From contig CAZIJS010000002.1 of NCBI GenBank assembly GCA_964539505.1, positions 3,313-67,312 of the forward strand: DNA of 64,000 bases, written 5' to 3'. A program made the translations under genes and the position numbers. Shown piece by piece: positions 43,652-52,355 of this stretch. Source of the stretch: an uncultured Myxococcales bacterium. Its GTDB lineage: Bacteria; Myxococcota_A; Polyangia; HGW-17; SLPX01. Within the stretch, counting starts at the first letter, position 1; the number at the start of each line of letters is the position of its first letter. The notes under the pieces are model-generated. The model did no database searches and was not told the origin of the DNA. It saw only the letters and a list, made by a program, of their open reading frames with translations.

Positions 43652-45046
43652 CTATTCCGGAACCACGGCAGTGACCCAGCGTTCGTAGCTGACCACCACC
43701 TCGGACGGGTGGAGGGGATCGAAGTCCTGTCCCACGAACACGAGGGTGTTGGCCGATGCCCGGTAGTCGAAACCGTCGCGGCGGCTTCGTTCCAGGGCCT
43801 CACCATCCTTGGAGCAGGCGATGGAAACACTGATGGGCACGTGTTCGAGCACCAGGGGTGACGAATTGGCCACGATGTTTTCGATCATCAATTGCATGGT
43901 CGGGCCCAGGTCCTCCTGGCATACCGAGCCGATGATGCCCCCGGTCTCGTTGGCCAAGTCGGTATACCCGCGACCCATTTCGTCGGCGGTGCTGCAGCCG
44001 GAGGGTGGTGGGGACACGATGGCGTGGGCCGTTCCCATGCCTTCGGGATCGCTGGTTCCCGTGAGCAGGTCCAGGGTTTTGCGATACATTGGCGTGGCTC
44101 GCACGCAGGAATCATCGACGGGTGTGTCGTTGAAATCTTCGGCGCAGCCCTGGTCCTCGAGTTCGTCGGGTCTTTCGTCTGAGACATAGATGATGACGAG
44201 CTGGGCTTCGGAGCGGATGAACTTGGGGTCTGCCGCCGCCCGCGGCAGGTGGTTGTGGATGGCATTGTACCCCTGGGTCAGACCGTATTCGGCTCCGCCT
44301 TCTTCTTCGCCGCCTCCCCAGGGCTCGATGACACAGGCCTGGAAGGCGTTGAGATCCCCGGGGCCCAGGAAATAGTCGCCCGAAACTCCCTGGCCGGTGC
44401 AAAAACGGCCTTCGTTTACTTGATTGACGTCCACCACGCCCATGCGAAAATCCAGCCCATATGCTTGGGCGCGGTTGAAGAAATCCACGGCATTGGAGGC
44501 CACGCTTTGCTGCTCGTCACTCATGGACCCGGATTCGTCGATGACCCAGATGACGTCTGCCATGGGCACGGTGGCCACTGCGTATGATTCACATTCCGCC
44601 GTGGTGCCGTCCGAGGGGCCGGCCAGGCCTGTGCCGTTGGAAAAGTCGTCCATGTGATGGATGGTCTTTTTGTCGTAGTCGGAATAATCCGACAGCCTCG
44701 ATATGCCGCCCATGATCACGATCCATTGCGGGCCGCTTGGGTTTTCCCCTGAAACCTGGGAGCGGAGCTGTACGGTGAAAGACAGCACGAACCGAGAATC
44801 GGAGGGGATCGTGATGGGGTTGCCCTGGTCGTCGACGAAATCGCTGCTGTCCGGAAGGCCAGTGAGGTCGTCGTCGTTTCTGCCCAGGAGCACGGCGACG
44901 ATGCGGTTTCTGAGTGCAATGATGTTTGTGGAGGACATGTCTCGCAGGTCGATCACCGCCGAGATCACGGTGGGCATGAGGTCGTGGCTTGGGCGCGAGG
45001 CCCCCGATGCTCTCATGGAAACATGGTCTGCTCCCAGTGCTGCCAC
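43652..45046 (-). CDS. VWA (von Willebrand factor A) domain protein
   Basis: MIDAS motif VIWVIDESGSMSDEQ. No obvious signal peptide. GTG start per the ORF track; the start is uncertain. 27 nt upstream of the kinase gene. Confidence 0.65.
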   Translation of the reverse strand: MAALGADHVSMRASGASRPSHDLMPTVISAVIDLRDMSSTNIIALRNRIVAVLLGRNDDDLTGLPDSSDFVDDQGNPITIPSDSRFVLSFTVQLRSQVSGENPSGPQWIVIMGGISRLSDYSDYDKKTIHHMDDFSNGTGLAGPSDGTTAECESYAVATVPMADVIWVIDESGSMSDEQQSVASNAVDFFNRAQAYGLDFRMGVVDVNQVNEGRFCTGQGVSGDYFLGPGDLNAFQACVIEPWGGGEEEGGAEYGLTQGYNAIHNHLPRAAADPKFIRSEAQLVIIYVSDERPDELEDQGCAEDFNDTPVDDSCVRATPMYRKTLDLLTGTSDPEGMGTAHAIVSPPPSGCSTADEMGRGYTDLANETGGIIGSVCQEDLGPTMQLMIENIVANSSPLVLEHVPISVSIACSKDGEALERSRRDGFDYRASANTLVFVGQDFDPLHPSEVVVSYERWVTAVVPE

Positions 45047-45148
45047 CAGTTCCGTGCGGACAGAGAGGGCTTCGTCTTCTACTGTGTCTGTCGCAGGTGC
45101 CCTGGCCAGGGCGAAGCCACCAACGGCATCCCGGGGTTCTGGAAGAAC

Positions 45149-45979
45149 TCAAATCACCATGGCACTACCGCAGTCCGAGCCGTTCAAACAATCTGAATCT
45201 TCGCAGTCGATCAGGTGGTCGCCGTCGTCGTCTTTCGTGTTGGTGCAGTCTTCCCCCTCTTTGTTGGTAATGGCGATTTCGCGATACCGTGCCTGCAGGG
45301 GCATGGCCACCTGGAACTTGTCGGTGTGTTCATAATGCACGGGTTTTCTGCCCAGGGGATGATCTTCGGTGGCCTGGTTGCATACGAAGCTGCCCTCTTC
45401 GCCATCGGGGACTCCGTCTCCATCCGTATCTGGATTTGTGGGATCGGTTTCACCTTCGGCGCATTGGAACGAGACCGGCGGATCGCATTTGCCGGTGGCC
45501 AGGCAGAACTGGCCCGCCCCACAGCTTGCGCCCTGGCCCGTGGGATCGCAATCCTGGACGCATGTGCCGACGAGTCCGTCGCCGTTGCGGTCCTCGTCGC
45601 TGTCGAGTACACCGTCGTTGTCACTGTCCCGGTCTCTGAAATCCGGCGTTCCGTCTCCGTCCGAATCCACTGGGGGCGTGTTGGGATCCTGGTCGCCGGC
45701 TTCGATCTCGTCGGGAATCCCGTCTCCGTCGGAGTCTGCATCGGCATAATCCGCCAATCCGTCTCCGTCGGTGTCTATCCCGTATTCGCCATACATGCAC
45801 CCTTCGTCCCGATTGAGGATGCTGTCGCTGTCGTCGTCCCCCCAGATGTCACATTGGTTGGTCCATCCTGCATCCGCTTCGCCCTGGTTGCTGTTTTGTT
45901 GGACAGGAGCAGGCGTCGGGCAGGCGGTGGTGAGGAGCGCTGCGAGGAGGCTCGCAAGCAAAATGATGGTTTTTTTCAT
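45149..45979 (-). CDS. lipoprotein with thrombospondin type-3-like calcium-binding repeats
   Basis: Signal MKKTIILLASLLAALLTTAC. About nine DxDxDGxxDxxD repeats (DTDGDGLADYAD, DSDGDGIPDEIE, DSDGDGTPDFRD, DSDNDGVLDSDE, DTDGDGVPDGEE). Confidence 0.7.
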   Translation of the reverse strand: MKKTIILLASLLAALLTTACPTPAPVQQNSNQGEADAGWTNQCDIWGDDDSDSILNRDEGCMYGEYGIDTDGDGLADYADADSDGDGIPDEIEAGDQDPNTPPVDSDGDGTPDFRDRDSDNDGVLDSDEDRNGDGLVGTCVQDCDPTGQGASCGAGQFCLATGKCDPPVSFQCAEGETDPTNPDTDGDGVPDGEEGSFVCNQATEDHPLGRKPVHYEHTDKFQVAMPLQARYREIAITNKEGEDCTNTKDDDGDHLIDCEDSDCLNGSDCGSAMVI

Positions 45980-46179
45980 GATAGATACCTCGTGACCTTT
46001 GTCTGTCCGGCCATGAGCCGATAGTCTGCTTTTTTGACACTATGCGATTCAATATATGGGAATCTTTAGGTGGGTTCAATTCCTATCGGCGCTCGATTGA
46101 CGAATCTTGGAGACTCGCATATAACCGCAGACAACGTTGGTTTCGATGAGGCGTCTCGCAGACGAGGGGTGACGAAAAC

Positions 46180-47574
46180 ATGCAACGAAGAGGTTCGAGG
46201 AGCTTCCTGCTGTTGGCTTTGGCGTTTGTGGTCCTGTCTGCTTCGAGCTGCAAGGTCACAAAGAAACGGGTGGACAAGTGGCGCGAGCAGGGAGACACAA
46301 AAAGACTCAAGAAATGTCTTGCCGACAAGAAGTTGTCTGGCGAGATCCGCAAGCATTGCGGCATGGCGTTGGTGAGTCTCGACAAACTGTTCGCGGTGCA
46401 ACGCATGCTCGCCCGTGTTCAGAAACGCAGCCAGTCCGAGGCCGCCAGGGTCGCCGATGCCATGGCCGGCGCCCTGGTGGGCCGCGTCGAGGGGCTCGAA
46501 GACGAAGGGGTGCGCGCCAAGGATGCTGTTTTCGTGCTCCGACCCTTCGTGTCTTCCGGGGTGCGGGCAACTATCGATGACAAGCTGATATCGTGGATTT
46601 TGGCCAACTTTACGTCTGGTGCCACGGTTGGTGAGCATTCCGCCCGCAAGATCCTCAAGACGCTTGGGGCCGCCGGTGGGGATCGTCTGGCCAGGCTCGT
46701 ACCCCTGGACCACCCGAATCTTTACGCCATTGCGACCATGATACGCAAGACCGCTTCCGATCAGGCCAAGGACGCCTTTGTGGCACGTCTCGTGGGGTCT
46801 CTGTCCAAAGGAGGATCGCAGCTTGCCAGGCCGGACGTTCTCTACGCCATTGGTCAGGTCTGCCGTCCCGGTTCGTTGTCCTTTCTGCGCAAGACGGCCC
46901 TCAAGGGCTTCAATTACAAAGTCAGGCGCAACGCCCTCATTGGTTTGCAGCGTTGTCCGGACAAGGGTTCCATCACGGTGGCCGAGGCTGTTTTGTGGGA
47001 GATCCTTTCGAAGGACCTGCTGGATCAGCCGGTGGATCTGCCGCATTTTTCCGATGGCAAGCCCGGTGTCATCGGTCAGTGCTTCAATCTCCTCGACGCC
47101 ATTGGAAAATGGCCCGAAGAGAAGGCCACGTTCGTTCGGCTCATGACGGCGGTCAATGCAAAGCCCCTTTCGGACAAGGCTCAGGCACAAAAACTACTCA
47201 TTCGTGTCCAGGCGGCGCAGTATGCGGTTTATATCGGGGGAGTCGAGGGGCTCGAGACAGCGTTGAGCCGGTTGCCGGAAGACATCTACCCAGAGATATA
47301 TGTGAACACTCCCGTGTTGGCGGTGGTCCAGGAATTCGGCCGGCCCCCCAAGCGACAGGCTGCGCTCAAGGTGCTTCGCACTGCCTTGAATAAACCGGGG
47401 CTGGTGGCTAAGATGATAGCCATCAAAGCGTTGGGAAAAATTGGCGATCCGTCCAGAGACGTGGCGGTCTTGAAGAAAATGTCGATGGATCGGACGCCTT
47501 TGAAGGGTTGGGAGCAGGGACAGACCCTAGGAAACCTGGCTTCGAAGGCGTTGGAAAAATTGACGACGAAGTGA
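46180..47574 (+). CDS. HEAT-like repeat lipoprotein
   Basis: Signal with Cys (LSASSC). PBS-lyase or HEAT-like repeats (AIKALGKIGDPSRDVAVL). Confidence 0.55.
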   Translation: MQRRGSRSFLLLALAFVVLSASSCKVTKKRVDKWREQGDTKRLKKCLADKKLSGEIRKHCGMALVSLDKLFAVQRMLARVQKRSQSEAARVADAMAGALVGRVEGLEDEGVRAKDAVFVLRPFVSSGVRATIDDKLISWILANFTSGATVGEHSARKILKTLGAAGGDRLARLVPLDHPNLYAIATMIRKTASDQAKDAFVARLVGSLSKGGSQLARPDVLYAIGQVCRPGSLSFLRKTALKGFNYKVRRNALIGLQRCPDKGSITVAEAVLWEILSKDLLDQPVDLPHFSDGKPGVIGQCFNLLDAIGKWPEEKATFVRLMTAVNAKPLSDKAQAQKLLIRVQAAQYAVYIGGVEGLETALSRLPEDIYPEIYVNTPVLAVVQEFGRPPKRQAALKVLRTALNKPGLVAKMIAIKALGKIGDPSRDVAVLKKMSMDRTPLKGWEQGQTLGNLASKALEKLTTK

Positions 47575-47634
47575 ACGGTGCGCCTGGATGGGTTGGGTGG
47601 CATCGTGTTGGTCGCAACAGAGGAAGTGGGACAC

Positions 47635-48282
47635 ATGGACCAGAGCAAGAAAACGATGCGGCATTTTTACTGCCGCGATGTCTTGTGGGACACGTTCGAG
47701 CAGATGGCCAATGATTTCGACTGCTCCATCGACTATCTCATCAATGAGGCCATGCGATACTACGCTGCTAGCAAGAACTATCTTTCCCGCCAAGGCCAGG
47801 CACCTGCCAGGGCCCCGGCCGGTCCTGCCGTGCCGCCGGCCCGTCCACGGCGGGAACCCGCTGCTCCCGCTCCCAGACGGGGGGCTCCTCCACCGCCTCC
47901 GGTCAGTGGGCGCCGTTCCATGGGGCGTGGCGGTGGCGGTTTTGGGGCCTCTTCATCGAGGGCCTTTCGCCACACGCCCAGACCCGGTGCCGAAGTCGCC
48001 CCGGTGCTCTATTTGACATACAACGGGCAACGGTTTCCAATCGACAAAGACCAGTTTATCATCGGCAGAGGATCCAAGACGTCCGACCTGGCGATCAAGG
48101 ATGGCAACATCTCCCGAAAGCACGCCGCCGTGATCCGCCGCAACGGTGTCTTTTACATCAAAGACCTGGGGTCGACGAACGGCATCGACTATAAGGGAAT
48201 GCGTATCGACAACAAGCGTATCGAAGAAGGGGACGTATTCCATTTGTGTGATCACGAAATCCAATTCACCTTCAAGGGCTGA
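47635..48282 (+). CDS. FHA domain protein
   Basis: C-terminal FHA signature: FIIGRG, then NISRKHAAV, then FYIKDLGSTNG. Pro/Arg-rich linker. Confidence 0.8.
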   Translation: MDQSKKTMRHFYCRDVLWDTFEQMANDFDCSIDYLINEAMRYYAASKNYLSRQGQAPARAPAGPAVPPARPRREPAAPAPRRGAPPPPPVSGRRSMGRGGGGFGASSSRAFRHTPRPGAEVAPVLYLTYNGQRFPIDKDQFIIGRGSKTSDLAIKDGNISRKHAAVIRRNGVFYIKDLGSTNGIDYKGMRIDNKRIEEGDVFHLCDHEIQFTFKG

Positions 48283-48323
48283 GTCCGCGCATCACCCCTC
48301 CCCAATCGTTTGTTCGGCGTTCA

Positions 48324-50666
48324 ATGGATCCAGCCACCATCTCATCTTTCGAAGAGCGACTCCAATCCGTCGTCTGGACATGTCCGGTCGACGAAAGAGA
48401 CTGGGACGATTTCGAGGAGTTCCTTGCTGGGATAGCAGAACAAATCCAGGGGCGGCTGCGCCAGTGGTTCGACAGCCTCGTGGCGTCTGTACAAGAACGT
48501 GATGGAGATATGCTTGCCCTCGATGCAGCCAAGGGGCTTCGCCTCCTGGCGGAAGCCACCTTGGAAGATCCAGGTCTGGTCGCTGTTGGAAATTCATCTG
48601 GGCGCCGGGTCTTGGTGGGGAAACAATCTGATTCCCTGTCGGTTCTCAAGGGCTGTGGGCCCAAGACGGCGGCTCTCCTGGCGGAGCACGGGATCGATCG
48701 CATCGAGGATCTCGCCCTGCTGCTGCCCAGGGGGTACGAAGATTTTCGTCGGGTTTTCAGACCCTCACAGGTTGCAGAGGGGATGACCGCGGCGGTGCAG
48801 GGTCGCCTTGACAAGGTCGTTTGGGCCGGCCCACGGAGTCGCCGTCATCTCGAGGCACATCTCGTCGACGAAGAAGGCGGCAAGATCGTCTGTCTCTGGT
48901 TCCGGGTGCCCCGGGGCATGGTGAGCCGTCTGCAGTCTGCAAACGAACTGACGGCGGCAGGGAAGATATATCGGTTCAGGAACCGGCTCCAGATGGCGCA
49001 TCCCAGGATGCTGAAAGACGCCGGGCCTCGATTCTTGCCCAGGTATCCACGGATAGCAGGCTTGGGAAACCAGCGTCTGTGGAATCTCTGTCGCCAGGCT
49101 GCCCACCTTTGTCCTGACGACGGAATTCCTGAATGGGTGGTGGAGGAGTTGGCATTGCCCTCCTTCCGTGACGCCTTGGCGCTGGTCCACGATCCACTTC
49201 TGGAGGGCACTGCTGCGGACATGGATCTGCTCGTGCAGGGGCGGCATCCAGCGCAGGAGAGACTCAGATTCACCGAGATTTTCATGGGACAGGTCCAGCT
49301 TGCTCTGCGCAGAGAGCGCCTGTCACGTCGGCCGGCCAGGCCATATCCGGTTCTGGATGAAGACGATCTCGATCGACATCTTCCGTTTCCTCCCACGAGA
49401 GCACAACGGCGTGTCATTGGGGAGATTGCCGAGGACATGGCGTCACCACGAGCCATGCAGCGTCTCTTGCAGGGGGATGTGGGAAGCGGCAAGACCATGG
49501 TGGCCTTTGCCGCATCGCTGCAGGTGCTCGAGCAAGGTCACAAGGTGGCACTCATGGCGCCTACGGAGATCCTGGCTGAACAACATGCTCAGGTTCTTGC
49601 GGGCTGGATCGGCGAGGAATACCCAGTGGTTCGTCTCACCGCATCCATGCCGGCCGCATCCCGGCGTACGGTCGAAGTGCTCTGTGCAGCATCCGGACCG
49701 TTGGTGGCGGTGGGCACCCACGCATTGCTCTCCTTGGACATTCGAGATCTCGGGCTCGTGATCGTGGACGAGCAGCACCGATTCGGAGTGGCCCAGCGCC
49801 ATCGGCTCAGGGCCCGTGGAACCGGGGACCGCGAACCGCATCTCTTGGTGATGACGGCCACCCCCATTCCCAGGACCCTTGCTTTGACCATGCATGGTGA
49901 TCTCGATTTGTCCGTCATCGACGAGATGCCGGAAGGCAGGATTCGAGTAGACACGCACCTCTACGAAGTGGCAACCAGACGCGCCGGGTGGGCTCACTTT
50001 TTCGAACTGGTTGGTCGGGGGCTTCAGGCCTTCGTGGTCTGCCCTCTGGTCTCTGAGTCCGACAAGACCGGCCTGGCCTCAGCCGAGCAGGTCGCAGAAC
50101 GCCTCGGGCGCCGGCTCGATTCGGTGGGTCTCCTCCATGGCCGTCTGTCTGCACAGGAGAAAGCACGGGTGGTGGAGGCGTTTCGGCAGGGTGATTTCCA
50201 GGTGCTCGTGACCACGACTGTGGTCGAAGTGGGGGTGGACATACCGTCGGCCGCCGTGATGACCGTGGTGGATGCAGAGCGCTTTGGTCTGGCCCAGCTT
50301 CATCAGCTTCGCGGCCGGGTGGGCCGAGGTGGCGTGGCCGAGGCTCATTGCCTCCTCTTTGCCGGTGAGTCGGCGGATGACCGATCCCTGGAGCGACTGT
50401 CGGTGCTCGTGGAGACTTCGGACGGGTTCGAGATCGCAGAGCGGGACCTGGCGATCCGAGGGCCGGGCCAACTCACTGGAACGCGTCAGGCTGGAACGGA
50501 CTCCTGTCTTTTCGGCCCAGGTTTATCCGACATGATTTCCAAGGCCCAGGTCCAGGCCCGTCGCCTCGTGGCTAGGGATCCAGAACTTGTCCATCCAGAG
50601 CATCAAAGGCTCGCCGAGTTGCTGGCTGCCCAGTCGGCAGTGGTCTTTGGCGCCGAGGCGGGTTGA
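48324..50666 (+). CDS. recG: ATP-dependent DNA helicase RecG
   Basis: Wedge or OB region. Helicase motifs I (GDVGSGKT), II (DEQHRFG) and VI (QLRGRVGRG). TRG motif. 780 aa. Confidence 0.9.
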   Translation: MDPATISSFEERLQSVVWTCPVDERDWDDFEEFLAGIAEQIQGRLRQWFDSLVASVQERDGDMLALDAAKGLRLLAEATLEDPGLVAVGNSSGRRVLVGKQSDSLSVLKGCGPKTAALLAEHGIDRIEDLALLLPRGYEDFRRVFRPSQVAEGMTAAVQGRLDKVVWAGPRSRRHLEAHLVDEEGGKIVCLWFRVPRGMVSRLQSANELTAAGKIYRFRNRLQMAHPRMLKDAGPRFLPRYPRIAGLGNQRLWNLCRQAAHLCPDDGIPEWVVEELALPSFRDALALVHDPLLEGTAADMDLLVQGRHPAQERLRFTEIFMGQVQLALRRERLSRRPARPYPVLDEDDLDRHLPFPPTRAQRRVIGEIAEDMASPRAMQRLLQGDVGSGKTMVAFAASLQVLEQGHKVALMAPTEILAEQHAQVLAGWIGEEYPVVRLTASMPAASRRTVEVLCAASGPLVAVGTHALLSLDIRDLGLVIVDEQHRFGVAQRHRLRARGTGDREPHLLVMTATPIPRTLALTMHGDLDLSVIDEMPEGRIRVDTHLYEVATRRAGWAHFFELVGRGLQAFVVCPLVSESDKTGLASAEQVAERLGRRLDSVGLLHGRLSAQEKARVVEAFRQGDFQVLVTTTVVEVGVDIPSAAVMTVVDAERFGLAQLHQLRGRVGRGGVAEAHCLLFAGESADDRSLERLSVLVETSDGFEIAERDLAIRGPGQLTGTRQAGTDSCLFGPGLSDMISKAQVQARRLVARDPELVHPEHQRLAELLAAQSAVVFGAEAG

Positions 50667-50786
50667 TCGTCGACTGCTCCCCGTTGTATGGCTCTGGCTC
50701 GTTTTCACAGCAAGATGCAGGAAGGGACCGGCTGGTTTGAGCAACCAGTGGCTGGTCGCCCTCGGGTTTCCCGACATCCGCGGGAC

Positions 50787-52286
50787 CTACCAATCCACGT
50801 CATAGAGGGAAGCGTACTTGTCGCGCAGGTACCTCGAGAAGGGTTTGGCCGAGGGCGGACGGCCCGTGGCGCGCTCGATGAGTTCGCCAGGAGCCCAGCG
50901 TCGCCCCGCAGAGTGGATCTTGCTTCGGAGCCATGCGACGATCGCCGAGAAGCGGCCCTGAGCGATCTGGTCGTCCATGTCGGGGATGTCGTGGCGCAGC
51001 GCTTCTGCAATTTGGGCGGCGTAGAGGTTGCCCAGAAGATAGGTTGGAAAGTATCCGATGAGGCCCATGCTCCAATGAACGTCCTGCAAGACGCCTTCGA
51101 CATGGCTTTTCGGCTCGATGCCAAACAGACGCTTGCTGGCCTCGTTCCACGCTCCCGGTAGGTCACCAACCTGGAGATCTCCCGAGACGAGTGCACGCTC
51201 CAAGCGGAATCGGAGCGCAATGTGGAGGTTGTAGCTCACTTCGTCTGCTTCCACGCGGATCAGGCTCGGCTGGACAGAGTTGATGGCACGATAAAAAGCG
51301 TCGAGTGGTACATCTCCGAGACTGTCGGGAAACAGTGCCTTGAGCTTTGGATAAAAATGTGTCCAGAAGGAAAGACTGCGACCGATCTGATTCTCCCAGA
51401 GTCGGGACTGGGACTCGTGCAGCCCCAATGATACGGCTTCGGCCAGAGCCGTACCCACCCAGTTTTTGTCCAGACCCTGTTCGTAGAGTCCGTGTCCGCC
51501 TTCGTGGATGGTTCCGAAAACGGCCGTGGGCAGGAAGCGTTCATTGTATCTCGTGGTGAGTCGCACGTCTCCTGGGTCGAACGACGTGGTGAATGGGTGG
51601 GCAGATCGGTCCAGGCGGCCGGCCTGGAAGTCGAAACCCATGGCATCGAGCACCATGCGACAAAACTGCTCCTGGCCTGTCTCGGGATACTGCCGCTCGA
51701 GCAGCGAGCGATCCGGCTTTTTCCTGCTGTCCTGGATGGCGGACAAGGCCCGTGAGGCCTCTTGTGCCACGTCGTCGATGACAGGCGCGATGTCTCGACA
51801 GGTGGTCTGTTCTTCATATTCGTCCAGGAGGGCGTCGTAGGGTTCTCCGCTGTCCGGCCAGCCAAGCGCCTCGGCCTGTTCGCGTTTCAGCCCGATGATT
51901 TCATCGAGGACCGGTGCAAACGATTCGAAATCGTTGGACTGTCTCGCTTCGATCCAGATGTGATGGGCGCGGCTCGTGACGGAAACGAGGCGTTCTACCA
52001 GGTCCGCCGGCATCCTGGCGGCCCGATTCCTATCCCTTGCGGCCTTGGCCACCACCAGGCGCTGGTCTGGGTCCAAGGCCTCGGTTTGTGCCTTTTCCAG
52101 GAGATCGCCCAATTCTTTGGATGTGATGAGACGGTGTGCTTCGGTTGCCGCCAGGGCGGCCTGTCTTGCCCGTGCCGCGTCTCCTTTGGGTGGCATGAGG
52201 GTCTGCTGGTCCCATGAGAGAAGTTCGGCAATGGCCTGATAGTCGTGGATCGTCGTCAGGAGGGTTTTGAGTTGGGAAAACGACAT
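50787..52286 (-). CDS. M32 family carboxypeptidase (carboxypeptidase Taq-like)
   Basis: HEGGHGLYEQG (HExxH, zinc) and HESQSRLWEN. 499 aa, typical for M32. Confidence 0.9.
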   Translation of the reverse strand: MSFSQLKTLLTTIHDYQAIAELLSWDQQTLMPPKGDAARARQAALAATEAHRLITSKELGDLLEKAQTEALDPDQRLVVAKAARDRNRAARMPADLVERLVSVTSRAHHIWIEARQSNDFESFAPVLDEIIGLKREQAEALGWPDSGEPYDALLDEYEEQTTCRDIAPVIDDVAQEASRALSAIQDSRKKPDRSLLERQYPETGQEQFCRMVLDAMGFDFQAGRLDRSAHPFTTSFDPGDVRLTTRYNERFLPTAVFGTIHEGGHGLYEQGLDKNWVGTALAEAVSLGLHESQSRLWENQIGRSLSFWTHFYPKLKALFPDSLGDVPLDAFYRAINSVQPSLIRVEADEVSYNLHIALRFRLERALVSGDLQVGDLPGAWNEASKRLFGIEPKSHVEGVLQDVHWSMGLIGYFPTYLLGNLYAAQIAEALRHDIPDMDDQIAQGRFSAIVAWLRSKIHSAGRRWAPGELIERATGRPPSAKPFSRYLRDKYASLYDVDW

Positions 52287-52355
52287 GGCTTCCTCGAGTG
52301 AAGAGATTTTTGGTAGGTTTCATCTTAAAAGCCCAGTTGGCTGGGCCATGTCTGG

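Noticed and set aside
46066-47190. 374-aa minus-strand ORF antisense to the HEAT lipoprotein gene
   Set aside because: No RBS and no domain. The plus-strand gene has a signal peptide and repeat structure.
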